IMG/VR virus record: IMGVR_UViG_3300043811_000021
Span: 70,146 to 134,145 of that record
Length of the DNA: 64,000 bases
Source: a virus
Reading direction: 5' to 3' (one strand)
The translations under genes and the position numbers were made by a program. Below are positions 38,113-47,592 of the stretch, in pieces. Under the pieces are notes generated by a model, which had not been told where the DNA came from, did not search any database, and worked only from the letters and a program-made list of their open reading frames with translations. Position 1 is the first letter of the stretch. Every line of letters begins with the position of its first letter.

Positions 38113-39099
38113 CTAAGCCGCCGCTGCGTCTTTCTGTGAAATCGTGTCACGAATCATTTTTGCCGTCTGCGCACGACGCTGGTTTTCATTCATCATCAGC
38201 GGATCAGGCATTTCCTTCGTTTCAACTTTGCGCTGCAATTCTGGAATCCTTGAAGATACTGCAACCCTTACATCTGGATTGTTTCCACCCTGCTCTGCGC
38301 GAAGTTTTTCCTTAGCTGCATATTCAGCTTCACGAGCATCTAGCTTTTGCTTCCACTCAGATTCCGCAGTAGCCTTTGCGTCAGCGGCTACTTTTGCATC
38401 ATGCTCCTGCTGCTGGCGCTGAACAATATCCTGCTGCTTCTGAGCAAAGTTGTACTTACGAGCAACATAGTCGCGGAAAGGAAGTTTCTGTGCATCTGCT
38501 TCTTTTGCTAATTGATCAAAAGGATCAGGAAGGAACTGTCCACCTGTTAGCCTCTGATACTCCTGCATCGCCCAACCAATATTAGATACACCATTCCCTA
38601 GCCGCTGATCGATTTGATCCATCGTAAACGTAGGCGATCCAGGAGTTGTTCCCGGTGCATTAGGAACAAATTGTCCATTTGGGCTGCGTGGAGGAGTTGC
38701 TGGAGTGGTAGGAGTGGTGAAAGTTGGAGCGTCTGTGGGTACGAAACCTGCACTTCGTGCCCCTTCATTTTGTGCCTTATAAAAGGCAGCTAAAGCATTT
38801 GCATTTGCAATGTCAGCCTGAAGTTTTACTTGCTCTTCCTGCCATGAGGTCAAACCTGGGACAATCTTTGTTTCATAAAACTCTGTATTTGAACGATTCA
38901 AAAGTTCCGCATCTGCCTTGGCTTTTTCCCAAGCTAATCTATCTGTTTCAGCTTTCTGCGCCGCTGCTGTTGCATCCGCTTTTGCTTGCTCTGCCGAAGT
39001 TTGAATTCCTGTAAAGACAGTAATCAACTTCGGATCGAGAGATGAAATCTGCTCGTCAGTAAATCCGGTTTGTTTCAAAACTTCAGCAATTGATGCCAT
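38113..39099 (-). CDS. capsid scaffolding protein
   Basis: coiled-coil, Ala/Gln-rich, RSPNGQF motif, between portal and MCP. Confidence 0.65.
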   Translation of the reverse strand: MASIAEVLKQTGFTDEQISSLDPKLITVFTGIQTSAEQAKADATAAAQKAETDRLAWEKAKADAELLNRSNTEFYETKIVPGLTSWQEEQVKLQADIANANALAAFYKAQNEGARSAGFVPTDAPTFTTPTTPATPPRSPNGQFVPNAPGTTPGSPTFTMDQIDQRLGNGVSNIGWAMQEYQRLTGGQFLPDPFDQLAKEADAQKLPFRDYVARKYNFAQKQQDIVQRQQQEHDAKVAADAKATAESEWKQKLDAREAEYAAKEKLRAEQGGNNPDVRVAVSSRIPELQRKVETKEMPDPLMMNENQRRAQTAKMIRDTISQKDAAAA

Positions 39100-39126
39100 A
39101 ATTCTCTATTCTCCCGGTTCAATTTG

Positions 39127-39408
39127 TTAGTAACTTGGTTGCTGTGCTGTCGGTTGTGATTGTGGAGGTGTTACTAGTGCTGCTTGCGCTTCCTGAATTC
39201 CCTGTGCTACCTTTTCCATTCCCGATGCTAAACGAGGATCGGACGCAGAAATTTGTTTAGATACTTGGTACCACTGAGCTAGCAATTGTTGAAGTTGATT
39301 GGCTTGTCCACCACCTTGCGGAGGACCGCCTTGAGGAGAGGGGGAAGCGCCGCCCTGCGGAGGCGCTCCACCTTGTTGATCTGGTACCGGCATAGGACTC
39401 GTAGCCAT
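39127..39408 (-). CDS. Pro/Gln/Gly-rich small protein
   Basis: GGAG RBS; lies between portal and scaffold. Confidence 0.6.
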   Translation of the reverse strand: MATSPMPVPDQQGGAPPQGGASPSPQGGPPQGGGQANQLQQLLAQWYQVSKQISASDPRLASGMEKVAQGIQEAQAALVTPPQSQPTAQQPSY

Positions 39409-39432
39409 TTTTTCTCCGTTACAGGGTTAAGG

Positions 39433-39534
39433 CTACTTGATTACCATCTTCTTGCTGTGACGCTTGTGTCTCTTGCCATTGTGATGAGCCTTCTTAACGT
39501 GTGCCTTTTTTCCGCCTACCTTGTGCTTTGCCAT
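39433..39534 (-). CDS. 33-aa Lys/His-rich microprotein (not in ORF track)
   Basis: MAKHKVGGKKAHVKKAHHNGKRHKRHSKKMVIK; AAGGAG RBS. Confidence 0.7.
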   Translation of the reverse strand: MAKHKVGGKKAHVKKAHHNGKRHKRHSKKMVIK

Positions 39535-39567
39535 GATTGTTCTCCTTTGTGGTTTCGATTTCGGTCC

Positions 39568-39607
39568 AAAACGAAAAGGCCCAAAGCCTTTTCGGCCTTG
39601 AGCCTTT
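39568..39607 (-). terminator. terminator-like hairpin in the capsid operon leader
   Basis: minus-strand AAAGGCTCAAGGCC-GAAAA-GGCTTTGGGCCTTT followed by TCGTTTT. Confidence 0.55.
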
Positions 39608-39657
39608 ACCGTTCTCCACGCGGAGTGGCAAGTATCTCTAAAAATCTTTATAAAACG

Positions 39658-39686
39658 ATATGACTACATCTTAATCGTTTTGTCAA
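39658..39686 (-). promoter_or_regulatory. promoter of the scaffold/capsid operon with overlapping inverted repeat
   Basis: minus-strand TTGACA-N17-TCATAT; AAAACGAT...ATCGTTTT inverted repeat. Confidence 0.5.
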
Positions 39687-39694
39687 GAGGTTTT

Positions 39695-39934
39695 TCAAAT
39701 TATTTTTGTATCAATCCCTAGCTTCTCACGAAATTCTGTTGACAGAGATTCATTCAGCTTCGTTTTTTGAGTGAACGCTATGCCAATGACACCTCCTTGG
39801 TTATATAAAATTCTCATATCTCCAGATGTTTTCATGCTTCTCAATTCATCATGGACATCCTTAACATCAGCAGGCATTTCAACAACAACGTCTGTTAAAA
39901 AATGATCGACTTGACTCTTAATTTTGAACGCCAT
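39695..39934 (-). CDS. hypothetical protein
   Basis: AGGAG RBS. Confidence 0.6.
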   Translation of the reverse strand: MAFKIKSQVDHFLTDVVVEMPADVKDVHDELRSMKTSGDMRILYNQGGVIGIAFTQKTKLNESLSTEFREKLGIDTKII

Positions 39935-39964
39935 TTCATCTCCTATTATTTTGTTTTCAACAAC

Positions 39965-42034
39965 TTAGCTTTCTTTCACCGTAGTACGAGGTGTTCCACC
40001 TGCCCCGCCTTTTTGGGCGATCTTTGGACCTTTTTGCCCACTTGGGGGTCTTCCTCCCGGATGTAATCCACCCTTACCTTTACCGCCTTCTTCTGGTGGC
40101 TGCAGCCCTAGTTTTTGCATTTCAGCAGCAGCTTCCGCAGCACCCAATATGTTTGCCTTGGTAATTTCTGCCTTCTCCTTAAAGTATTTCTCCATTTCCT
40201 GTCGAGGGTTCTGTACGTCCAACTTAGTAAGAACAGTCTCCCAAGAAATCGGGCAATCTGGTGTTCTCTTTAACTGAAGATATTTCAACTGTTCCTTTGC
40301 CTGCGTGATCTTCAACAGTGTGCTCGGAACAGAAATCAATCTCAGTTTCTTTACAAACCATTTTCCTCTAGTCAATTTGTCATACATAGATGGAGTTTTA
40401 GGATATAGACCTCCTACCATTTCTTCTGGAAGATGGCTTGGAACCATATCGTCTGGATTGTAATCAAAAACTTCCCTAGCTATGTTATCTGGTCCGACAT
40501 ACTCAATTAGTCTTTGAGTATCAAACCACTGAGGAATAAGAAACTTAAGTCTTTCTCCTACTCTCTTGTTTGCCTTTTCTATCCTCATCGCAATACCCTT
40601 AGCGACAGGTCCAATAGATTCAATCTGCTTGTCTGCGGTATCGCTGTCCAAATTTATCTTCAAGTTAGCTAAATTTCCAAGATCATTTAGACCTAGCTGC
40701 GCAAGCATCGAATCATTCAAATGCTTTAACCATTCAAAATCTATATTATCAACCGTTACCCCGTCAGGAAGAAGTGATTGAACAGTCTTCCTCGGCTCAT
40801 CCGTACCAAACAATCCTAAACGCACTCCCGAATCAAACGGGTCCCAACGTTCGATTTTCGGACCACCATTTTCATCTGCCTTGTACCCTAAAGGCGGGTC
40901 TTTCTTCGCGCTAATGCATTGGTCCATCAATCTTTCATACTTCCGAATCGTTGTCTGAATAGATGACACATCTCCAACCAACGATCTTCCAGATGGCTCC
41001 CACGGAACGTCATCAACTGTGTACTGAATTATCGGGATACGCGGGTCCCAGTCGAAAGCAGGACCGTCGTACATTGGCCTGTCCAACCCGTTAGAAGAAA
41101 TGATGAGCCGTAAGTTCGGGTACACTCGGCAGTCCTCTGCCATTGCAGGACGCATGTATGGCTGACCATTCCTAATACCTCCAAATATCTGCTGACCAAC
41201 GTAAGGAACTTTATAAAACCATGTAGTCCCAGGGTCACCCATCGGAAGTTCAAAACCTGTATTGTTGATCCTTAAGTCCCTAATAAATGTATATCTTATC
41301 TCTGTATAGAGATTTCCAAAAGACTTCCCTTGGTCATTCAATTCTCCATAGCGATGAGCAGAAGCAAAGTCCTGTCTCTTCGCCTGAATCAAAGACTTAT
41401 AGTTATTCATACCTACTGTCTGTAACTGTCCTTGGAATAATGGGAATCTTCCATACGCCTCTGCAATTGGCATATAGTCATAAACTGTTACCGCATAAGC
41501 ATCCTGTACATCGTTTGACCGTGAAGGGATTTGTACAGGCATCACATCTAGAAGACCAAGAGCGTCAAAGTCCATACTCCTTGGTCCATATCCGTATTCA
41601 GTCGCACGGACTTTCGGCCATAGGTATCCAACACCCATTACCGTGGCATATTGGAGAACTTTCAGAATTTGAAGAGGAAAATCAGATTCGAGATAGACGC
41701 ACTTGGAGACCTTTGTCAGCATCTCAGCCATCTGCTTGTAGGCAGGAATGTCCGATCCAAAAGCAGCAATTTCTCTGACTTCTGCGAGTGTCGTGCAAAA
41801 TTTATTTACGTTATAGCGAAGAAGGTTTGTAACAAGGGAAGATTTAGTTTTATCTTTGAATATCCCATTGAAAACACGCAGGTTAGCAGAAAGATTCTTG
41901 TACGAAGGTTGCCCTTCCAAATACCCTTCTGCCTCGGAAATCTGAGACTCCACCCAGCCAATTTTACGGCTAGGAGATGCTTCAAAAGGAGGGCACTGCC
42001 ATTCTACCGTCTGAATATTTGGATCAAGATACAC
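39965..42034 (-). CDS. portal protein
   Basis: 689 aa, between TerL and scaffold; portal-like segments (TNLLRYNV, GVGYLW, GRSLVGDV..IQ..I); basic Gly/Pro tail. Confidence 0.75.
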   Translation of the reverse strand: MYLDPNIQTVEWQCPPFEASPSRKIGWVESQISEAEGYLEGQPSYKNLSANLRVFNGIFKDKTKSSLVTNLLRYNVNKFCTTLAEVREIAAFGSDIPAYKQMAEMLTKVSKCVYLESDFPLQILKVLQYATVMGVGYLWPKVRATEYGYGPRSMDFDALGLLDVMPVQIPSRSNDVQDAYAVTVYDYMPIAEAYGRFPLFQGQLQTVGMNNYKSLIQAKRQDFASAHRYGELNDQGKSFGNLYTEIRYTFIRDLRINNTGFELPMGDPGTTWFYKVPYVGQQIFGGIRNGQPYMRPAMAEDCRVYPNLRLIISSNGLDRPMYDGPAFDWDPRIPIIQYTVDDVPWEPSGRSLVGDVSSIQTTIRKYERLMDQCISAKKDPPLGYKADENGGPKIERWDPFDSGVRLGLFGTDEPRKTVQSLLPDGVTVDNIDFEWLKHLNDSMLAQLGLNDLGNLANLKINLDSDTADKQIESIGPVAKGIAMRIEKANKRVGERLKFLIPQWFDTQRLIEYVGPDNIAREVFDYNPDDMVPSHLPEEMVGGLYPKTPSMYDKLTRGKWFVKKLRLISVPSTLLKITQAKEQLKYLQLKRTPDCPISWETVLTKLDVQNPRQEMEKYFKEKAEITKANILGAAEAAAEMQKLGLQPPEEGGKGKGGLHPGGRPPSGQKGPKIAQKGGAGGTPRTTVKES

Positions 42035-42123
42035 TCATCTTTCCGTTTCCTCCCGGTACACTGCGTGATTTCCGGTTCCCATTCCGGTTATCTTGTTCAA
42101 AATGCATCATAAAACAAATCGGT

Positions 42124-42579
42124 TCAATTGTCTAGCGTGATTATTCCTTCTTCTAAATGAGATGGCTTTTCAAGAAGAATTGCTTGTGCTACGAGTCCAC
42201 CTTCTTTTATAAGTTTTTCCTTTACGCGACGATCTAAATCTTTGTAATTACTCCACGATCCTCTTCCAAGTTCTTCCAGTCTCTTATCAGTCAAAGGCTT
42301 TTCAATTTCCTCTCTACTGTACCCTTTACGTTCCATCCAATACCGAATCGTACTCTCATGGCGTTCCTTCTTTGTCATCAGCAAAGGGTCGGTTTGCCGA
42401 AGTATAGATTCATCAGAAATATCGAGTGGATCATCCCATGACTCTTCATCTGATTCAGCAGATGTAATTTTTCCTTCAAACGGTTTCTCAGGACCATCCT
42501 TAGATGGAAGAATCAGAGACCATCCGAAAAGTGCGCTTAGGATACGTTTCCTGATTTTCTCTATGTTAAACAGTTTCAT
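42124..42579 (-). CDS. hypothetical protein
   Basis: 151 aa ORF. Confidence 0.55.
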   Translation of the reverse strand: MKLFNIEKIRKRILSALFGWSLILPSKDGPEKPFEGKITSAESDEESWDDPLDISDESILRQTDPLLMTKKERHESTIRYWMERKGYSREEIEKPLTDKRLEELGRGSWSNYKDLDRRVKEKLIKEGGLVAQAILLEKPSHLEEGIITLDN

Positions 42580-42788
42580 TTACCATTCCATTCATTGAAT
42601 ATAAACTTCTTCCCCGCGTTTGGACATGGACTGCTACTCGGAAGTATTTTTGGGAGCATGTCATCATACCAATGATTTTGACTATGGTAGAAAGTTCCCG
42701 GAGGCTCAAACTCGTCCTTAATATGCTCCAGATTCATCCCGCAATCATCGCATATTACATTTCCAAGTCTATTCATCCGCACCGGCAT
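42576..42788 (-). CDS. small Cys/His protein
   Basis: CDDC...H...C; GGAG RBS. Confidence 0.5.
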   Translation of the reverse strand: MPVRMNRLGNVICDDCGMNLEHIKDEFEPPGTFYHSQNHWYDDMLPKILPSSSPCPNAGKKFIFNEWNGK

Positions 42789-42800
42789 AGAATCTCCACA

Positions 42801-43607
42801 TCAACGCCCCTGCTCGTAACCCTCACTATGAAGGTATTCTTCCCGTGTCATCTTAGTCTTATCTCTATCCATCCTTTCCATATACCTCGCAACAAAGTCA
42901 TGGTTTATTTGGTTACGAGAGTGCTTCATTATCTCTCGCATCTGACTCTGGATATGAGAACGGATCGGACCCTCAAATCTATCCCTCTCTTCGTCTTTGG
43001 CTTTCTCTTTCCTTAGATTATACTGCCTCAAACGGTCAGACCATGCTTCAGCTTCATGAGTGTTATTACATACTACCTTTTGAAATCCTTTGCTTGCAGG
43101 CATGTGTTCCGGTAATCCCATTCGGATTTCCCCTTTGGAATTTGTCCAGTACACAATCTTTTTGTCTAACTGCGCGTTCTTCCCTTTGAATCTCGGCCTG
43201 AAATCACGAGCAACACTACCCGCTCCAATAGTAAACAGTTTCCAAATATACTGGATACGATTCAAAATTCCAGGTCCATAATAAGGAACATGGTCCGAGT
43301 ACATCCAATCCGTACCCATCCAATGCGTTACTCCTTCAAGCACATCTTTATCTGTTAGGTAGAATGTTCCGTTATACTTATACCATTTCCCGTAAGCAAA
43401 CCAACCTAGTTCAAGTTTCTCATCTACCCATACAATAGCTCTCGCGTGTTCGTCTGGAACAGACTTCTTAGAACTAACCCACTGCTTAGATTTTTTTAGA
43501 GCAAGAACCTCTGCTTTCTTCTTCTCTTTCAGTTCCGCGAGTTCTCTCTTGAGTATTGCGGCTCTTGCTTCGATTAGGCTTTGTGTGATAGGCATTTTAT
43601 TATTCAT
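42801..43607 (-). CDS. hypothetical protein with DUF551-like internal segment
   Basis: WVSSKKSVPD...W...VTHWM motif. Confidence 0.6.
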   Translation of the reverse strand: MNNKMPITQSLIEARAAILKRELAELKEKKKAEVLALKKSKQWVSSKKSVPDEHARAIVWVDEKLELGWFAYGKWYKYNGTFYLTDKDVLEGVTHWMGTDWMYSDHVPYYGPGILNRIQYIWKLFTIGAGSVARDFRPRFKGKNAQLDKKIVYWTNSKGEIRMGLPEHMPASKGFQKVVCNNTHEAEAWSDRLRQYNLRKEKAKDEERDRFEGPIRSHIQSQMREIMKHSRNQINHDFVARYMERMDRDKTKMTREEYLHSEGYEQGR

Positions 43608-43612
43608 CTCCT

Positions 43613-43849
43613 TTATTGAAACCTAATTCTATACGCCTCTAGTGCTTCATCTGCTTCCCTAATAGCTTGAGCTAGAGTAGCTTCCTGAGAAATTCTTGTA
43701 TTCAGCACCATTTCCCATATTCCACGTTCATCGGCTATGTCCGATCTGCGGCTATCCTCAGCCCTATGCTTTTCTTCTTCCTCTCGGTATTCTCGATTCC
43801 TAGCGTCATCTCTGTCTTCTGTTTTCTTTGTCGTTAAAATAATTCTCAT
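43613..43849 (-). CDS. hypothetical protein
   Basis: AGGAG RBS. Confidence 0.55.
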   Translation of the reverse strand: MRIILTTKKTEDRDDARNREYREEEEKHRAEDSRRSDIADERGIWEMVLNTRISQEATLAQAIREADEALEAYRIRFQ

Positions 43850-43860
43850 CTTTTATCTCC

Positions 43861-46020
43861 TTAATCATCATCCCCAAATACAGAAATTCTGTTGATCAAG
43901 CACTTCCCCTCATCAGGGTTCTTTTTCTTCGCTTGAGGTACATTATACCTTCTCTGCGCTCTTCCTGAAAGATCATCGTAGGTGTGGCAGTTCAAATAAC
44001 TCTGCGCTGCCGCCCTGATTCTGTCATCATGCTTGTTTTTCTGGTGGGTCATCACATCTCTTCCACCATCTTTCGTCTGTCTCTCAAGAGTCTTCAATTC
44101 CTCAATCAACCATTTTGATCTTGGAATATACCAACCACCGTTAACCGCCTCCACAAAGCGGTCCATAAGAATAGGGACTGTTGTTTTGCTAGAATACCAT
44201 CCTTCACGGTGTTTGTTTTCGTCCTTAATCTTTCTTCCGTCAAGTCTTCCGGGAGTGTGGTGGTAATTGAATCCCATGATCTTTAATTGGTTTTGGCAAG
44301 TATCACCCGGTCCTTCCACCTGCTCAATTGAGAATTTTACTCCCCTTTGGTCTCTGCAACTCTTTCCATACCATGTTGCCATAGCCGCTAGGAAAGGAAC
44401 TGCTTGCGCGGGGCTAAACCGTATAGATGTAAGCTCTGCAACTTGAAGGTCTGCCCCAGAACCACTAGCTACTCTGGTCATAGATGCGCAGAATCTGTCC
44501 TCATCCTCTTTACCAAGTCCATGTGCGGTGTCAACTCCACAACTATACACTGATCTAGGAATTGGAGGTTCAAAAACCAAAAGTTTGTCAAAAGTAAAAC
44601 TCTCTGTCTCCTCATCTATAGGAAGTAGAGGAATCAACTCCCAATCGTATTCCTCACCGCGATTGTTTTCCCAATGCAGCTTTATCCTATCCTTGTAATT
44701 GTCTATGCTTGGATCATCATCATCTGGATAGAACGCTTCTCCTATAGAATGTCCCTTAATCGCGTAGGCTTGCATCGGTTCTCTACGATACTTTGAACCA
44801 TCATTTATATTTACTTCGTATATATCCTCTTCTAGTTCCATGATTGTTTCAGCGTCGAATACGCTGTCATGAACCCCAGTTAGAGCCTCAAAGTCATCTG
44901 CTGGCAATCTAGCGGCGTGTTGCTGTAGAGAGTGGCGTTCTTTCGCTCCTATATACTCAAACTGCCAGAACCACTGCTGTTCAATAGGTACGCAATAGTT
45001 ATAACCTACTACCTTTGCTAGATAGTCTGTATTGCGTATGTATGCTTCACATCTCGCTATATGCGCCTTAGTTGCATCTAATCTTTTTTCATAAAATCCC
45101 GGTGGAACTGGATTAGCTCTCAACCAATCCGATTGAGGATAAAGATCAGTAGCTAGTGGCCATGAGATAAATACTGGACGCATCCTAGAGTGAGGCCAAT
45201 CTCTTTTTTGTGATTTCCAGAAATCCGGGAACCATCCAACATTACCAGAGCCGGTACCCTCAAATACCATGAATAGATTTTTATTCGCGTGGGTAGCAGG
45301 TAACAATCCTTCCTCGATGACATTATGCGGATTAGGGATGATGCCTATCTCCGAAATATGAATATTATTAGGAGTTTGTCCTTGTGCAATACCTTTAGGT
45401 TGCATCCCAGACTCAATCATTAAACGTGAACCATTAGCAAAACTTCTCTTTGGAGTTCTTGCTGGTATCAACCAAAAAGGGCACATTTCGTATGCTGTAT
45501 TTAACTTAATTTCGATCTCTTCTGATTTGGACTTTTGCACAGATGCCATGACAGAAAGAGTGTTCGGAATGAACAGCATCTTGTGAATAAAATATAAAGC
45601 TACGAGAGTTGTGATGCCCACTTGTCGAGCTTTCAGCGTAAGAATCTGAATACCAGCTTGGCGCTCTTCTAGATCTGCCACAACCGCATCAAATACATCT
45701 TGAGAACGGCGATTGGCAAACTTTTTTACCTGCCCACCTTCATCTACGACATAAGAATAATTATCGCGCCAATAATGATAATCCAGACCGCACAAAACTT
45801 GCTCATTTTGAACCCAGCGGCGTATTTCCTGCCGCCTTTTTTCTGTCATGGATGCCACAGAGTCAATCCATGATCCCTTAGAGTTGCTTTCTATTTTTGT
45901 GATTGATTTAATATATGCAGTGAATTCTTGCACCTGTCCTAATGTATGACGCACAGGCTCCCAAGCGTTCTGTGCTGCAAATAACTCTACATTTCGTTCT
46001 ATAATCCTAGTCGAGTACAC
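43861..46020 (-). CDS. terL: terminase large subunit
   Basis: Walker A LKARQVGITT, Walker B IHISE, motif III EGT; RNase H-like nuclease GVDTAHG, IEQ, HDDR. Confidence 0.9.
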   Translation of the reverse strand: MYSTRIIERNVELFAAQNAWEPVRHTLGQVQEFTAYIKSITKIESNSKGSWIDSVASMTEKRRQEIRRWVQNEQVLCGLDYHYWRDNYSYVVDEGGQVKKFANRRSQDVFDAVVADLEERQAGIQILTLKARQVGITTLVALYFIHKMLFIPNTLSVMASVQKSKSEEIEIKLNTAYEMCPFWLIPARTPKRSFANGSRLMIESGMQPKGIAQGQTPNNIHISEIGIIPNPHNVIEEGLLPATHANKNLFMVFEGTGSGNVGWFPDFWKSQKRDWPHSRMRPVFISWPLATDLYPQSDWLRANPVPPGFYEKRLDATKAHIARCEAYIRNTDYLAKVVGYNYCVPIEQQWFWQFEYIGAKERHSLQQHAARLPADDFEALTGVHDSVFDAETIMELEEDIYEVNINDGSKYRREPMQAYAIKGHSIGEAFYPDDDDPSIDNYKDRIKLHWENNRGEEYDWELIPLLPIDEETESFTFDKLLVFEPPIPRSVYSCGVDTAHGLGKEDEDRFCASMTRVASGSGADLQVAELTSIRFSPAQAVPFLAAMATWYGKSCRDQRGVKFSIEQVEGPGDTCQNQLKIMGFNYHHTPGRLDGRKIKDENKHREGWYSSKTTVPILMDRFVEAVNGGWYIPRSKWLIEELKTLERQTKDGGRDVMTHQKNKHDDRIRAAAQSYLNCHTYDDLSGRAQRRYNVPQAKKKNPDEGKCLINRISVFGDDD

Positions 46021-46266
46021 CTATCTCACCATTGTTCTCTTCCCGCGTGGCACCCAGTGTGGTATCAATCCGGTAATCCGTTTCATATATGCAGCATCTG
46101 AATCATCCATCTGCTCTATTAAATCTTCCCAACTATCGAATATGCATTGCCCATCAAAATACAAGAATTGAGCGCAGCATGTATCGTAAAAACAAAACTG
46201 ACGAGACCACTCAGGATCGGTTTCGTCAAGTGCTATTTGCTTACCGAGGTCTATGAATCGTATCAA
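46021..46266 (-). CDS. hypothetical protein
   Basis: GGAGG RBS; lies between the two TerL-like genes. Confidence 0.55.
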   Translation of the reverse strand: MIRFIDLGKQIALDETDPEWSRQFCFYDTCCAQFLYFDGQCIFDSWEDLIEQMDDSDAAYMKRITGLIPHWVPRGKRTMVR

Positions 46267-46348
46267 TTAGCCTCCGCCATATCGTAAATCTTACCAGCAG
46301 ATAGGAGCCACGGTGATGTCTTTGCTATGTCAGTAAGTTGGATCATCC

Positions 46349-47584
46349 TTAGATTTCTTTCCTTCTTGCCAAAGCAACTTTTTCCTGAATGGTTTTAGAG
46401 TCTGGAAAAATCTCGTCTAGTTCTATATCCTCGGTGACATCTTTCTTATTGTCCCCGTCATCTGGAGGGAACCTTATCAGGAAATCCTCTAGATTTTTGC
46501 GATCCTCTGCTTGTTTATACCCATCTTCCCACCACCATTGCTGCTCAGTCGGCATTTCCCAATGATCTCCCATAATCTTAGACAGGTACGGAGTGCTACG
46601 GATGAAGTTCTCGCAGCGCTTTTTGTGCTCTATCGTTATATCATTAGGTTTCCAATCGTTAGGAATCGGGTATGCCTTCAACCAATCTGGTTGTGGGTAG
46701 ATGTCAGTTGACACAACCCACGGAATAAACACAGGGCATAACCTTGAAAATCCTTTAGGCCAATACTCTTTGGCTGATCGATACGCATCTGTAAACCATC
46801 CATTTTCGGTCACTTTATTACCGTGTAATACAAGGAATGTGTTGCTCGATGAGAATACTGCTCTCAATAAACCCTCTTCAATCACTCTCGTTGGGTTAGG
46901 AATAGACTCGATATTGGTTACATATACTGCGTTCGGAGTGAATCCCTGCGCCAAACCAGTTTTTTGACTAGTAGATTGTACAGATAATCCAGACCCGTTG
47001 TTAAACTTTCCCTTATTGTTTTTAATTGGAATTAACCACCAAGGAAGTTTATCGTATGCTTTATCTATAAAGCTTGTTATTAAAGTGGATTTTTCGTGAG
47101 TAACGGATGCCACAATTGAATGAGTGTTAGGGGAAAATAATAGGCGATGCATTATTTTTAGCATTACCTTGGTAAAAACTCCGCTTTGACGCGATCCGAG
47201 AATCAGAAGTTCTATCGATGATCCTCTATCTTCCAAGTCTGAAATGATTAAGTCAAGAACTTCCTGAGACTTTCTATTTTTGAATTTTGTAATTGTTCCG
47301 CACTCATTAACTATGTACGCATATCGGCTCTCAAAATATCCGCTGTCAATCGCGCACATAGCCTGCTCGTTTTCAACCCACCTTTTTATTTCTTTTTGCC
47401 TTTTTGATGAAATTGGTTTTACCGATTCAATCCATGAATTCTTCGAGTTACTTCCTATCTCTACAGTCAAGTTGATGTACGCCTTAAACTCGTTTACCTC
47501 ATCCAAAGAATGTGGAGTTGGCATCCATCCTTCTCTTGCGGCGAAAGCATCGAGTGTTTCTTGAATCTTTTTCTGTGAATACAT
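46349..47584 (-). CDS. truncated TerL paralog (ATPase domain only, degenerate active site)
   Basis: colinear with the N-terminal half of TerL; motifs changed to LGSRQSGVFT, VYVTN, HGN; AGGAG RBS. Confidence 0.85.
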   Translation of the reverse strand: MYSQKKIQETLDAFAAREGWMPTPHSLDEVNEFKAYINLTVEIGSNSKNSWIESVKPISSKRQKEIKRWVENEQAMCAIDSGYFESRYAYIVNECGTITKFKNRKSQEVLDLIISDLEDRGSSIELLILGSRQSGVFTKVMLKIMHRLLFSPNTHSIVASVTHEKSTLITSFIDKAYDKLPWWLIPIKNNKGKFNNGSGLSVQSTSQKTGLAQGFTPNAVYVTNIESIPNPTRVIEEGLLRAVFSSSNTFLVLHGNKVTENGWFTDAYRSAKEYWPKGFSRLCPVFIPWVVSTDIYPQPDWLKAYPIPNDWKPNDITIEHKKRCENFIRSTPYLSKIMGDHWEMPTEQQWWWEDGYKQAEDRKNLEDFLIRFPPDDGDNKKDVTEDIELDEIFPDSKTIQEKVALARRKEI

Positions 47585-47592
47585 ATTATCTC

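Noticed and set aside
43861-47584. Split, frameshifted or intein/intron-interrupted terminase
   Set aside because: Both ORFs cover the same N-terminal ATPase region, so they are paralogs and not two halves; the downstream copy is complete
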